Below are positions 52,326 to 63,353 of a stretch of DNA of 64,000 bases, one piece after another. Each line of letters opens with the position of its first letter. The first letter of the stretch is position 1. The notes beneath the pieces are model-generated. The model saw only the letters and a list, made by a program, of their open reading frames with translations. It was not told the origin of the DNA and did no database searches. The stretch is taken from contig OZ244048.1 of the NCBI GenBank assembly GCA_965215265.1, positions 3,424,001 to 3,488,000 of the forward strand. The letters are read 5' to 3'. This DNA is from Candidatus Poribacteria bacterium (GTDB taxonomy: Bacteria > Poribacteria > WGA-4E > WGA-3G). Position numbers and translations under genes: made by a program.

Positions 52326-52423
52326 ACTTCCTTAATATGGGCTTACAAGCTTCGCCCTAAAATGTGTTTTCTTATGTGTAGCACTGTAACCGATTGCATA
52401 CAGCGGTATCACCTACAATTCAA

Positions 52424-53638
52424 TTATGCCCAGCCTTGGCTTTCGCCTCCGATACGTGCGCTGCTAATTTTTTCGTAATAGCCGCTTTTGCGATAGGCTT
52501 TCAAAGGATTGGGTTCACGTCCCATCTCCAGTCGAACTTGTTCTAACAGAGGATTGACATCGGTCTCATAAGCCTGCTGGAGGATGCTCTCTGCTTCAAC
52601 CAGGTCTGCCCGGTCCTGTGCATCTACGAGTGCGTCCCGGTCAATAAGTAGTGCTTTGGCGTAAGCTTTTTGCAAGTTGCAAACGGATTGGATGCTCGCC
52701 TCGACCTTTGGTTTTAGGTTGTGACTCTGATCAATCATGTAGGCGATATCGGTTTCAGTATCCGGATCGAGTTCGGCTGCGACAAGTTCTGTGTAAATGA
52801 GGAAAAGCTCCTGAGGATTGATTGAGCCGACCGTCAGATCATCATCTGCGTATTTTCTACAGTTGAAATGAAAACCGCCGAGTTTGCGTTCATCAATCAG
52901 ATATGCGACAATAAACTCAATATTGGTACCTTGTGGATGATGTCCTAAATCTACCAGCACCTGTGCTTTAGGTCCGAGTTTAGTGGCCATGAGGTAGGCT
53001 GTGCCCCAATCAGCTAAATCGGTGTGATAGAAAGCCGGTTCAAAGAATTTATATTCGATCAGCATCCGTGTGGCTTCAGGCAGCGCGTCGTAAACTTCGC
53101 TGAGTGCTGCTTCCATCCACTGTTTGCGTTTTCTAAAATTGGCTTGGCCTGGGAAGTTGGTGCCGTCAGCAAACCACAAGCTGAGCAAATTCGATCCGGT
53201 TTTCTGCATGATGTCAACACACTCTAATATATGTTCTATTGCGAGTCTGCGGATTTTGTTGCTCGGGTTACAAATACTTCCGAGTTTATACATCTGATCT
53301 TGAAAGACGTTGGGGTTAATAGCGCCGATACCAATGCCGACATCGGCTGCATATTGTCTCAATGCTGCCCAATCATCTGTCTTATCCCATGGGATGTGGA
53401 GTGCGACGGTAGGTGCAATTCCGGTAAATCGGTGAACAGTAGCAGCGTCTTCCAACCGTTCTGCAGCATTTCGTGCCGCGCCGGGCTGCTCAAACACGCC
53501 AAATCGGGTACCGGAATTCCCGTACCCCCAAGAGGGTGTTTCAATATGTTGCTGTTTCAGATGTGCTTTGACGACTTCAATCTGAATTCCCTGTTTCTCT
53601 AACGTTTCAGCTAATAAGTTATATGCCAGACTGCTCAT
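52424..53638 (-). CDS. rhaI: L-rhamnose isomerase (RhaI type)
   Basis: [50 protein letters not shown]. Confidence 0.88.
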   Translation of the reverse strand: MSSLAYNLLAETLEKQGIQIEVVKAHLKQQHIETPSWGYGNSGTRFGVFEQPGAARNAAERLEDAATVHRFTGIAPTVALHIPWDKTDDWAALRQYAADVGIGIGAINPNVFQDQMYKLGSICNPSNKIRRLAIEHILECVDIMQKTGSNLLSLWFADGTNFPGQANFRKRKQWMEAALSEVYDALPEATRMLIEYKFFEPAFYHTDLADWGTAYLMATKLGPKAQVLVDLGHHPQGTNIEFIVAYLIDERKLGGFHFNCRKYADDDLTVGSINPQELFLIYTELVAAELDPDTETDIAYMIDQSHNLKPKVEASIQSVCNLQKAYAKALLIDRDALVDAQDRADLVEAESILQQAYETDVNPLLEQVRLEMGREPNPLKAYRKSGYYEKISSARIGGESQGWA

Positions 53639-53835
53639 GCGGCTCCTCCGATTAATTGATTTCTTGAATATAGCGTGCGGCTTGCAAGCGTCTCGTATAT
53701 TATTATACTACATGTTTATGTTTTTTTCCATAGAAGAAATTTAAGGGCTTTCGTCAGTTCAAAAAGAACCTTGACACGTTTTGGGACGACTGTTATGCTT
53801 AAGGAAAACAGTGTGTTAAATGAACGGAGGATCCC

Positions 53836-54714
53836 ATGCTGAATATTGGAATTTTCGCACCGTATCGGACGGACCATGAACGGAACATCGCGTTCTGCAA
53901 CGATACAGGTGTCCATCACATTGTTCACAGTGCCACTGCGGTAGCTCAACAAGCTTCGGATGGTATCCCATCGGTCTCTGAATTGAAGCAGTTGGTGAGG
54001 CAATATGCCGATGGTGATGTAGCGATTCGTGCGTTGACTCCATCCCGGATCAGCCAATCAGCGTTTTTAGATAGAGATATCCGGGTGAAGGAGTTAACTC
54101 TCCTCAAACGAACGATGTCGGCGATGGGCGAAAGTGGTATCCCTTTCCTTCATCTCTATCTCAACGTAGATGCTATTGAAGGCGGTCCCTCGGAACGTGC
54201 GCGACTCTGGGACGGTTTAATTTCAGTCTATCACGAACTCGCTGAGATTGCTGAAGAGACGGGTGTACTCGTTTCGACACACCACTATCACCTTCCGAAT
54301 AGATTATTGTGGAACTATGAAACGATGAGTGCGCTTTTAAGTGCGGTTCAAAGTGACATGCACGGTGTTACTTACTGCCAAGGTAAATCTCAAATGGCAG
54401 GGGATACGCTTGCGGAGGATATTCTGAATTATGGCGACAAGATTTTCATGTTTCACATTCGGGATGTGGTAACCTGCACGCCGAGCGGCGCGGATGCCAT
54501 CGTCCGACAACGACTTCAGGATATCGGATACCTTGAGGTGCCCTTCGGAACCGGTGAAGTTGACATGGTAGGCTCAATTCGGGCGTTGAAACAGATTAAT
54601 TATCACGGTGAAATTTACCCAGAGCATTTTCCAGCGATTGCCGGGGATTCTGTCGCCGGGCTCGCTTGGACTATTGGGTATATTCGTGCGTTAGACCTGG
54701 CAGTGGAACCTTAA
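53836..54714 (+). CDS. Xylose-isomerase-like TIM barrel (UxuA/sugar epimerase-like)
   Basis: KIFMFHIRDV, FGTGEVDM, YHGEIYPEHFP. Confidence 0.7.
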   Translation: MLNIGIFAPYRTDHERNIAFCNDTGVHHIVHSATAVAQQASDGIPSVSELKQLVRQYADGDVAIRALTPSRISQSAFLDRDIRVKELTLLKRTMSAMGESGIPFLHLYLNVDAIEGGPSERARLWDGLISVYHELAEIAEETGVLVSTHHYHLPNRLLWNYETMSALLSAVQSDMHGVTYCQGKSQMAGDTLAEDILNYGDKIFMFHIRDVVTCTPSGADAIVRQRLQDIGYLEVPFGTGEVDMVGSIRALKQINYHGEIYPEHFPAIAGDSVAGLAWTIGYIRALDLAVEP

Positions 54715-54731
54715 CAGGAGGATATTTCGCA

Positions 54732-55508
54732 ATGCAACCTGATAATATTCTGGCTCCACTCAGCAAGGAACAGATAGCCCAATATGATAAAGACGGGTGT
54801 TTATTGGTTTCTGGGTTAATTCCAGAGGACATTGCGGAACGTGCCGAAGCAGCGATGTGGGAGTGTATCGGCATGGACGCGTCGGCACCGCCATCATCAT
54901 GGGAGGGTGCCCCGGGCGGCATCCGACTTTACAATGACGTCGATTTAGTCAACTGCTACACGCCGGAATACCTCGCGGCATCCGCACAATTGGCAGACGC
55001 AGATCCGACTACCTTTAGCAAAACAGATACTCACCCTAAAACTTATTGTGCCCCTGACTTCCTTGAAGCAGAAAAATCCAATGAAGATCTCACCCGTTTT
55101 TTTCGATGGGATTGTGCTTACGTGATTAACGTTTTTCCCACAAAAGGAGACTGGGTGTTACAGGAGCCGCACATTGATCATTCGTTGCCGGAGCATCATC
55201 ACAAAACGTTCCCTGCGGTATTCCGTATCGGGACGTTAACCTATCTGAGTGACGTAGGGCATCACGGCGGTGGTACTGTTGTGTGGCCGGGCTCTCATCA
55301 AAAGATAGAAGCGATAGCTAAGGTAGCTCCGGCGCGTTACGCCTACCGGGATGCCCTGTCGAGAGATATGCTGACTATGCAATTGGGTGAACCGATTGAG
55401 TTGGAACCGCGCCGTGGGGATGTGCTATTTCTACACCACTTATGTGCACATGCGGGCAGTCCCAATCTGAGTAACCGACCGAGATTTGCCCTAAATATGA
55501 AGTGGTAA
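54732..55508 (+). CDS. Phytanoyl-CoA dioxygenase (PhyH) family protein
   Basis: PHID, GGTVVWPGSH, GDVLFLHHLCAH..SPN..R; AGGAGG upstream. Confidence 0.85.
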   Translation: MQPDNILAPLSKEQIAQYDKDGCLLVSGLIPEDIAERAEAAMWECIGMDASAPPSSWEGAPGGIRLYNDVDLVNCYTPEYLAASAQLADADPTTFSKTDTHPKTYCAPDFLEAEKSNEDLTRFFRWDCAYVINVFPTKGDWVLQEPHIDHSLPEHHHKTFPAVFRIGTLTYLSDVGHHGGGTVVWPGSHQKIEAIAKVAPARYAYRDALSRDMLTMQLGEPIELEPRRGDVLFLHHLCAHAGSPNLSNRPRFALNMKW

Positions 55509-55571
55509 GGGTAGTGCGTTCTGGTATCGTCTTCACAAGCCCGGTTTTCCGAAGCGTACCTACAGAGAGGA

Positions 55572-55602
55572 GTAGGCGGTGATGTCTATTCTCACCGCCT
55601 AC
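55572..55602. terminator. Perfect 11-bp hairpin between convergent genes (terminator or REP-like)
   Basis: GTAGGCGGTGA-9 nt-TCACCGCCTAC. Confidence 0.6.
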
Positions 55603-55621
55603 ACCAAACAAGCCCTCTGTT

Positions 55622-56626
55622 TCATCGTTTTGGCCGGGCAGGGCTCTCTGTTTCTGCGGATTCATAAATCAAATCCATTAATTCGGATTGGATAATCCCG
55701 TTGGTTGGGCTGGTTCGGGGTTCTGCTCTCCCCAATATAGCATCAATGAAGTTGTCATCCGGGGTACCAGCAGACATATCGTCAGTAATGGGCGGTGCCT
55801 CTAGTGCTTCATTGCCTTTCCAGACGCGGATCCATCCGCCTCCCCAGCCATCAACTTCAATGCGTCCATTCTCAAAGATTAGGGCCATGTGTGTGCCGCC
55901 TGGACTGGGACAGTTGCCACTAACAGCCATTGATGCGAGGACACCGTTTTCAAATTTGACGTTAATAGAAGAATTGATATCGACCTCCCGGTCTTGGTTA
56001 TCAGTAAAAGCATAAACTTCAGCGACGTTTGCTTCAACTGTCCAGCAGAGGCTATTGAGGAGGTGTGCTCCACTATCGTAAGCCTGTCCGCCCCCGGAGA
56101 GTTTCGGGTTTTGCCTCCAGGTTCCGGTCGTTCCGCCCTTCCATCCTTGTGTAATGTAGCCGACTACCAACTCAAGTTTACCAAGTTCTTGGTTTCGGAT
56201 AGTCTCGCGAATGTAATAGAAGTTAGGGGTGCAGGGTGTATTGTAACCGATTGTGAGTATCAATCCCGTCTGTTTGACCTTCTCTGCAAGCGTGTACGCG
56301 TCCTGCGAAGAGGTGACCATCGGTTTTTCCATGAGTACGTGGCAGCCTGCTTCAAGTGCTTGCATCCCTTGCTGAAAATGCAGGGTATGTGGCGTAGAAA
56401 TTACGACAGCGTCTGGTTTTGTTTCGCCAAGCATGTCTGCGATATTGTCATAGGCCCCTGGCCGCGGTGCGAGCCCTGATAGATTCCGGTCGATGTATCC
56501 GTTTGCAATGTCAGTGTTGACATCACACGTGCCGACAATTTGTACATCAGGGTTTGCATTCATTCGCCGTGCGTGGCCGGAGGAATTTCCGCCACAGCCA
56601 ATCATAGCAAGCCGAATTTTAGACAT
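55622..56626 (-). CDS. Gfo/Idh/MocA family oxidoreductase
   Basis: AMIGCGG, HVLMEKP, SGGGQAYDSGAH. Confidence 0.88.
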   Translation of the reverse strand: MSKIRLAMIGCGGNSSGHARRMNANPDVQIVGTCDVNTDIANGYIDRNLSGLAPRPGAYDNIADMLGETKPDAVVISTPHTLHFQQGMQALEAGCHVLMEKPMVTSSQDAYTLAEKVKQTGLILTIGYNTPCTPNFYYIRETIRNQELGKLELVVGYITQGWKGGTTGTWRQNPKLSGGGQAYDSGAHLLNSLCWTVEANVAEVYAFTDNQDREVDINSSINVKFENGVLASMAVSGNCPSPGGTHMALIFENGRIEVDGWGGGWIRVWKGNEALEAPPITDDMSAGTPDDNFIDAILGRAEPRTSPTNGIIQSELMDLIYESAETESPARPKR

Positions 56627-56677
56627 ATTTTTCTCCTTTTTTCGGGATTAGGTATAAAAGTTACACAAGACGGCGTA

Positions 56678-57475
56678 TCAAGCCGCGCTCAACTGTGCAA
56701 CGTTCAACGCACCTTCCCCGAATACTCGTGTAAAGGTTGCCCCGTGGTGCGACCGGGTGTTGCCATGCATGTAGCAAACGCTGAAGGCACGCCGCGGAAT
56801 ATCAGTTTGGTTCGTACCGGAACTGTGAAGCAACCAATTGTGTAGCAATACCACTTCACCTGCCTTCAATTCCAGAGGGACTGGTGTAGACTTGGCAACG
56901 ATGTCATCAATCTGTTCTTGTGCCAGGAAACCGGAGCCGTGTGACGGATTGATAAGCGTGCTATGCGATTTTGGGATGATATGCACACAGCCGTTTTGAA
57001 TCGTGGCTGCATCTAAGGCAGTATAGATGGTAATCTGCGGGTCTCGATCTAGATCTGTCCATCTATCTTGGTGCCAGACGAGGTAAGTGCCTTCGTGCGC
57101 GGGTTTATTCATAAACATTGCGCGAAAACATGCGATAGGGACATCGTCCCCGTAGATTTCCGCGCATACTTGGCGAAAAATAGGTTTCTGAAGATATGTC
57201 AAAAAATAGGGATCCAGCTCCAGATTCTGAATTTTTCGATACAATAGGGTGGCCCCTTTATGTCCTTTGGACTGAGGCCCGGGTGAATTTTTCCCCGGTT
57301 CCCGGTCTAATTGCATCATGATTTTTTCATAATCCAAGGATGCTTTGCCGAGCATGATGTCATCCATGCGTTGTTGTAACTGCGCGAATTCAGCGTCGCC
57401 GGCTACCTGCCCGATACGAACGTAGCCATTTTCCCAAAAGTGTTCCCACTGTTCAGTTGTTATTTGCTGCTCCAT
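56678..57475 (-). CDS. PhyH family 2OG-Fe(II) dioxygenase
   Basis: WHQD, NGCVHIIPKSH, LLHSSGTN..RR. Confidence 0.88.
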   Translation of the reverse strand: MEQQITTEQWEHFWENGYVRIGQVAGDAEFAQLQQRMDDIMLGKASLDYEKIMMQLDREPGKNSPGPQSKGHKGATLLYRKIQNLELDPYFLTYLQKPIFRQVCAEIYGDDVPIACFRAMFMNKPAHEGTYLVWHQDRWTDLDRDPQITIYTALDAATIQNGCVHIIPKSHSTLINPSHGSGFLAQEQIDDIVAKSTPVPLELKAGEVVLLHNWLLHSSGTNQTDIPRRAFSVCYMHGNTRSHHGATFTRVFGEGALNVAQLSAA

Positions 57476-57914
57476 GGCACACCTCCAAACTTAAAACGAA
57501 AATGTTATGCTTTTTAAGTATAACACATCTCTGCTCAAAATTTGACAAAAAAGTGCAAATTAACAATAATTTCCTTTTAAAGAGACTAAAAATTTTGCAA
57601 CTTTTCAGTCCGTTATTTGTAGTACAAATTATGCTTGGTGCTCCTGGAACACTTAACGGGTATACGCTGTACGCTTTTGCAATTTGCACTATTTGCCAAA
57701 TACGTTTACCAAATCATCTCGGTTTCAATTTTTGTGATGTTGTGCTTCCCTGCAGGAGAAATTTGGGCATTCTGGACGAAACGTGAACATTTATTCCCAA
57801 AGGTAGTGCGAGTATCGGTTTAGAGTTTGAGAACCAATGTCGCGAAAGTGTTTGAATTTGCACAAGGGCCTCAGTGCAATCTGATGTAGTTTTACAGTTT
57901 TTAGGCGTTATTAC

Positions 57915-59165
57915 ATGCGAAAATGTACAAACCGTGGCCTATTCATCTCATGTTGTCTCCACATCGCATTAATATTAGCGGTGTCTCCCTTTCTTTCGAA
58001 ACCTCTTAGTGAAACGAAGCAGAGCCTATCCGTTGTGATGCTAAAATTGGAACCTAAGCGGCGGCTACGGCGACAGCGGTTGCGGACTCGCGCCCCGATG
58101 GTAACACAGACTTCTCGCATTGCGGCATCAATCTCTTCACTGTCTGCACGGACGTATGCACCTCACTTTCACGCGCCTGAAGCACCCGTTCAGGCCGAAT
58201 TAGTTCCGCAGATAGTCACGCACGCCGACATACCGCAAAAGGAGATACCTGCTATGAGAAACGCCGGTTTCGGAATGCGTTTGGTAAGCGCAGCACCAAT
58301 AGCCATCAAGGGGTGCCACGGTATCAAGGCTGAAGTGCCCTGGCACCGTGGTTACAGTACTGGAAGGCACTTTGCAAACCAAACGCAGGTAGAGGACTTC
58401 GATATGGCGGATTTTGAGAATACGACTCTGGGGCTAGGGCTCTTTAACACCGACGTGATACCGGGGCACGGATTAATCGGAGAGGTTTATGTTCCCGGTG
58501 CTCCGCTTTTGACGATGCCTATTTTTGAACTTTTTAGCCCGCTTCACACTTTCGTGACAGCAAATTTGGATGTACCACCGCGAGACTATACCGAAGGGTT
58601 TCCTACGTCCAAGATGAAAGTTGTTACAGAGAATTTCGCGATTCGTTTCCAAGGAGAATTGGCTATAGATACGCCGGGACAACATATCTTCTGGCTTTAT
58701 TCCGATGATGGCGCGAGGTTATATGTCAACGGAAAACTGATTGTTGATAACGACGGCATCCATGCACCGCAAGTCAGAGAAGGCAGCGTATGGCTACCAT
58801 TAGGCATGCATCCGGTTGAAATCCACTATTTTCAGGGTCCACGATACACTATAGCATTGCAATGGTTCTATCAGCCGCCAAAACGGAGTGCACGTCATGT
58901 GTCGCGCCCATCAAATACGACTAAAAGCTCTAATAATGCGGTCTGGGTTCCCGGACAGGTTGTTCCGCCTGAGGTTATTTATCGTCCTGGCAAGCCGCGC
59001 ATTCCAGATGCCTTGAAGAAACTCCAAGAGCGGCTTAAAAACATTAAAAACATAAAACCCAAAACGGAGATGTTAAATGAAGTCCACGATGACTATAGTA
59101 TTCCTTTTCTTGATTGGACATTTTCTTCTCTATGCGCAAAATTACAATGGGACTGTTGCTTTTGA
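57915..59165 (+). CDS. Membrane-anchored PA14 domain protein
   Basis: N-terminal ISCCLH hydrophobic anchor; ENFAIRFQG...SDDGARLYVNGKLIVDNDGIH PA14 motif. Confidence 0.82.
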   Translation: MRKCTNRGLFISCCLHIALILAVSPFLSKPLSETKQSLSVVMLKLEPKRRLRRQRLRTRAPMVTQTSRIAASISSLSARTYAPHFHAPEAPVQAELVPQIVTHADIPQKEIPAMRNAGFGMRLVSAAPIAIKGCHGIKAEVPWHRGYSTGRHFANQTQVEDFDMADFENTTLGLGLFNTDVIPGHGLIGEVYVPGAPLLTMPIFELFSPLHTFVTANLDVPPRDYTEGFPTSKMKVVTENFAIRFQGELAIDTPGQHIFWLYSDDGARLYVNGKLIVDNDGIHAPQVREGSVWLPLGMHPVEIHYFQGPRYTIALQWFYQPPKRSARHVSRPSNTTKSSNNAVWVPGQVVPPEVIYRPGKPRIPDALKKLQERLKNIKNIKPKTEMLNEVHDDYSIPFLDWTFSSLCAKLQWDCCF

Positions 59166-61449
59166 TTGTCCGGGTGTGCCTTCCTCCAAATTTCAATTTG
59201 ATTTGGATCGGCGCGTCATTGCGCAGGTTATGGAAGATCCGAATTTTGAGAGTATTCCTCTATTTACGAGACTGGAAAGTCTGCGTCTCCGCTACTACCA
59301 AAGCGTCGACGTAACGAAGATTCATCAGTATTATGGCGATACACTCAAATCACGCGGATGGAACGCATTGGTAGCATCGCAGCGTGAATTAAAGGAGAAA
59401 AAAGGGAGACTTCACCTCTATGTGCTCATGGACAGCGACATCACCTTGGGAATTTTCGTCATCTCCGAAAGTAAAGACGGTGTTTATCTGATAAACATCG
59501 TTGGGGAGATTCCGTCTAAACAGGTTAGTGAATTACTGCGTAACCTCAATCATCTGGGCATTGAAATCCCTGAATTGATGTCAGTCAATGAGTTAACGCC
59601 TGCCCCCAAAACTGGAGGGCAGCCGTCACCTCTTACAGAGAAAAACGGAAGAATAAAGCAGACACAGTTGTATAAAACGGGGGCTGATTTGCGAGTACGA
59701 AGTCCGCTGGCGTGGACTTATCAGGGGAAGCCAATCTACATATTAAAGAGACGAGGCACACAAGAAGAACTTGCCAAAATGCGAAACGGACTTGAAGGCG
59801 GATCCGGGGATATTGAAAAGGCCGTCCCGATTATCGACAAGCTGCTCCATCCAAAGCGGATAACATTACGAATAGAGAAGGAAGGAACGGAACGGACGGC
59901 TGTCCTGACTGTAGTACGGCCAGCATTCAGATTGGAGTCCCTAACGATTTCAAAATCTGGCACAGTCCGAAAACAGAGGGAAACGTTCGCAACTGGAATA
60001 ACCGAGGAGGCATTTCCTGCAACCCGGTTCCGGATTGCAGGAGCACCTATTCACGAGATACGTATCCGGGGTAATCGAAAAGTTCAGGAAACAGAGATTA
60101 GAAAGACACTCGGAAATGCTTCGGAAGATATTGAAGAGGCACTTAAGACTTTATTTCAGGTTATGCCTTATTTTAACGAAGTAAACCTAGAGATTGCGGA
60201 GGAAAATACGAAGCGGGTTGCTACTATCACCGTGGATGAAAAATTGCTCTCTTCGGATGTCTACCTCAGTCTCAATCCGCCATTGAGGTTTAGCTTTAAC
60301 CGCGTCATAGGCTGGAAAATCGACACCGGTTTTGCAATAGGACTGCGGAAACAGGTGGGGCCGTTATGGGTGTGGAATGTGGCGGATCCGGTTGAGGAGC
60401 AAGCATCCAAACTGTTTGGAAAAGTAGGTTACGCCTTTGGAAATCCGCGCATCCACTATCGTCTCGGTGGAGCAGCGAATTGGGGAAAGCCCTACGTCTG
60501 GCATCTCGGATTGACGACGCAAATCCATCGAGGTGCTGTCGCCATCGGGTCTGAAATTTTTCCCGGTTACAACAATGGCCTGTCCACGCTTTACCGTGTG
60601 TTTGGCGGGCATGATTTTGCCAACTACTATTTACGCAACGGAGTTGAGGTAGCATTCCGCTGGTTCCCCGTGATGCCAACCCATGCTTTCAATTTTCGCG
60701 TGGTTGCGGAATCCCATGAAAGCCTACAAAAGCGTACAGATTGGAATATCACAAATTGGCGTTCAAATCGTAAGACGCGAGGCAATCCCCCGGTAACCGT
60801 TGGACAGATGCGAAGCATCACGTTTCAGTACGATTTTAAGACCCGGAAAAATAGGCTCGGTTGGCATAATACCCTCCTCATTGAACATAGTAATGCAGCA
60901 TTCGGTTCCGATTTTGACTTTACGCGTTTACACTTGCACCTCAGGTACGCTTTCCCGCTTGGGAATAACCGTATCCGGACCCGATTGCTGTTCGGTTTTG
61001 CTAATACAGTGCTGCCAATCCAACGTCAATTTGTCATTAGCGGTCCAGGTGGGTTGAGAGGATATCCTCTGTTCGCTGCTGCAAATGACGTGGAAAGGGC
61101 AGCAACCGGCAATTGGTATCGGTATTCCGACTATGCATTTACAAGCGACAGTGGGTTCCTGCTCAACCTTGAATATTACTATCGGCTGTCTAACGTACTC
61201 GATATGGATTTTTTCAAAAACGTTTTTGTGGTTGGATTCTTTGATGAAGGACAAGTATGGGGTGCCTCTAACAAAAATACACGTTTTGATCCGGAGGGTA
61301 ATGTGGGCATAGGTTTGCAGCTCGGTGAAAATAATGCTATTTTTAGGATTAACTTTGCAACACCTATCCGTTCTAACTCGCCGGGGTTGAGGCGGCTCTC
61401 AATTGGACAAAGCGCTGTGATCACTGCGGTGTGGTATCAGAGTTTTTAG
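59077..61449 (+). CDS. Omp85/BamA-like outer-membrane protein with a DUF4252-like N-terminus
   Basis: Signal peptide, POTRA-like IHEIRIRGNRKV, GGLRGY, beta-strand C-terminus ending WYQSF. Confidence 0.72.
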   Translation: MKSTMTIVFLFLIGHFLLYAQNYNGTVAFDCPGVPSSKFQFDLDRRVIAQVMEDPNFESIPLFTRLESLRLRYYQSVDVTKIHQYYGDTLKSRGWNALVASQRELKEKKGRLHLYVLMDSDITLGIFVISESKDGVYLINIVGEIPSKQVSELLRNLNHLGIEIPELMSVNELTPAPKTGGQPSPLTEKNGRIKQTQLYKTGADLRVRSPLAWTYQGKPIYILKRRGTQEELAKMRNGLEGGSGDIEKAVPIIDKLLHPKRITLRIEKEGTERTAVLTVVRPAFRLESLTISKSGTVRKQRETFATGITEEAFPATRFRIAGAPIHEIRIRGNRKVQETEIRKTLGNASEDIEEALKTLFQVMPYFNEVNLEIAEENTKRVATITVDEKLLSSDVYLSLNPPLRFSFNRVIGWKIDTGFAIGLRKQVGPLWVWNVADPVEEQASKLFGKVGYAFGNPRIHYRLGGAANWGKPYVWHLGLTTQIHRGAVAIGSEIFPGYNNGLSTLYRVFGGHDFANYYLRNGVEVAFRWFPVMPTHAFNFRVVAESHESLQKRTDWNITNWRSNRKTRGNPPVTVGQMRSITFQYDFKTRKNRLGWHNTLLIEHSNAAFGSDFDFTRLHLHLRYAFPLGNNRIRTRLLFGFANTVLPIQRQFVISGPGGLRGYPLFAAANDVERAATGNWYRYSDYAFTSDSGFLLNLEYYYRLSNVLDMDFFKNVFVVGFFDEGQVWGASNKNTRFDPEGNVGIGLQLGENNAIFRINFATPIRSNSPGLRRLSIGQSAVITAVWYQSF

Positions 61450-61461
61450 AGGGACTGCGAC

Positions 61462-62247
61462 GTGAACACTCTATCTATTTTTATCCGTTGCTGTTGTGCT
61501 GCGTGGTGCGGTTTTTCGCGCCCGAAACTTATTGCAATCGTTATTTTCATACTGCTTTGCGGGTCTTCTGCGCTGCCAAACGGCGAGAACAATAGGTACG
61601 ACTTTACTTTTGTCCGTCTCAAATATGGTGGTGCGCTGACGCGGCGTAGTAGTTGGCAGGTCGACTGGCCGGCTTCCGATAGAAACTTTATCTGGCAGCT
61701 CAGTAAACAGACAAACATTGATGTTGCTCCCCGCGAAAAGATTATCGAAGTCGGTTCAAAGGAACTGTTTGAATATCCGTTTGCGTATATGTTAGAGGTG
61801 AGTAGTCTGCGCCTAAGTCGGGCGGAGGCAAAAAATCTACGGGAGTATCTGCTGCGCGGCGGTTTCATCTTGATAGACGATTTCCATGGTGAACGCGAAT
61901 GGCGAATGTTCTATAAAGAATTCAAGAAAATCTTTCCAGAGCGCGAACCGGTGGACATTCCAATTTCGCATCCTATTTTCCGTTGTTTCTTCAAGATTGA
62001 GAAATTAGTCCAGATACCTGGGCTCCGTTCGCTTTTTAGTGGTAGAACATACGAACGGTTTGACGGCTATCCAGCCTATTGTCGCGGTGTTTATGATGAC
62101 AAAGGTAGGCTTCTGATGATGATCAACTTCAACACCGACCTCGGGGATGCGTGGGAACATGCCGCTGAGGATTTTTATCCACGTGAGTACTCCGATATGG
62201 CATTGAAAATGGGGATTAACGCTGTTATTTACGTCCTAACGCACTGA
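61462..62247 (+). CDS. DUF4159 domain protein
   Basis: FTFVRLKY, DWPASD, LREYLLRGGFILIDDF, NTDLGDAWE, GINAVIYVLTH. Confidence 0.88.
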   Translation: MNTLSIFIRCCCAAWCGFSRPKLIAIVIFILLCGSSALPNGENNRYDFTFVRLKYGGALTRRSSWQVDWPASDRNFIWQLSKQTNIDVAPREKIIEVGSKELFEYPFAYMLEVSSLRLSRAEAKNLREYLLRGGFILIDDFHGEREWRMFYKEFKKIFPEREPVDIPISHPIFRCFFKIEKLVQIPGLRSLFSGRTYERFDGYPAYCRGVYDDKGRLLMMINFNTDLGDAWEHAAEDFYPREYSDMALKMGINAVIYVLTH

Positions 62248-62456
62248 GGTGTCAACAAATTTTTGGAAATCCGGATAAAAAATTTGCAACGAGATTTAAT
62301 ATCTGATACTGCTACTATGTACCGCGCTTGAAACCGTAAACTTTCTCTTAACGTTTGTGTTAATAAAATTCGATTGCGATTCCTTTCAAAAAGCAAAATT
62401 CTTAAACTTTTAGCGTTAATTTGAGGTCTAAATTGAGTCAAAACGGAGGAAAAAAC

Positions 62457-63218
62457 ATGCTAACACGTAAACAGAAGTTAGATTTTTATGAAAACGGTTA
62501 CATCAAAGTTCCGGGTGTTGTACCGCAGTTAATGGTGGATGCCGCGAGACAGGCGATTAACCATTCCATCGGTGCTGTCGGCTTGCACGAAGGCGACCTG
62601 GAACGGTTCAGGGCGCAATCTTACTGCAACGAGATTAGGAACGCTCCTGAGATTGTGCATTTGTACGACAAAACGCCTCTTCGGGAGCTAGCAGAATCGT
62701 TAATGGGTGAAGGCAAAGTCAATGTGCCGGGTTCAGCCCAGATAGCCTTGCGATTCCCGGGCCCGTTGCACACGGACCCAAATGAACCGAACGGGCACCT
62801 CGATGGACTAGGTAGCGGTACAAATGGAATGCCGAAAGGTGTTTATCGGCGTGGTTTTACTGCGCTTGCAGTTGTCTATCTGGCGGATGTGCTGGATCCG
62901 TACAGCGGTAACTTCACCGTGTGGCCGAAATCGCACAGTTTTTTCGCGGACTATTTTAAAAAAGAGGGACATGAAGTATTGGCGAACGGTATGCCGCGTC
63001 CTGAACTTCCTGAAGGACCGGTGCAGATAACCGGCAAGGCAGGAGATGTTGTTCTCACACATCACCAGATAGTCCACACTGCAGCACCTAATGCGGCGGC
63101 AGATATCCGTTATGCTGCCATCTTCAGGCTGCGCCATGTTGACTGTGAGCAGAATGGACATGATGGCTACACGGATATCTGGCGAGAATGGCCAGGTATT
63201 CAAGAAGCAATATCTTAA
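62457..63218 (+). CDS. PhyH family dioxygenase
   Basis: GHLDG, GNFTVWPKSH, GDVVLTHHQIVH..APN; GGAGG upstream. Confidence 0.85.
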   Translation: MLTRKQKLDFYENGYIKVPGVVPQLMVDAARQAINHSIGAVGLHEGDLERFRAQSYCNEIRNAPEIVHLYDKTPLRELAESLMGEGKVNVPGSAQIALRFPGPLHTDPNEPNGHLDGLGSGTNGMPKGVYRRGFTALAVVYLADVLDPYSGNFTVWPKSHSFFADYFKKEGHEVLANGMPRPELPEGPVQITGKAGDVVLTHHQIVHTAAPNAAADIRYAAIFRLRHVDCEQNGHDGYTDIWREWPGIQEAIS

Positions 63219-63353
63219 ATCTAACCGAAAATAGAGTGCGCATGGTTTTTAGTCGTCGTGCTTTAAAATTTGTTCACTTGCACTCTATTCTATACCAAGT
63301 GTAATCGACTACAAAGTGAACGGGATCCGGAGATCCCGTTCTATAATAAGATT

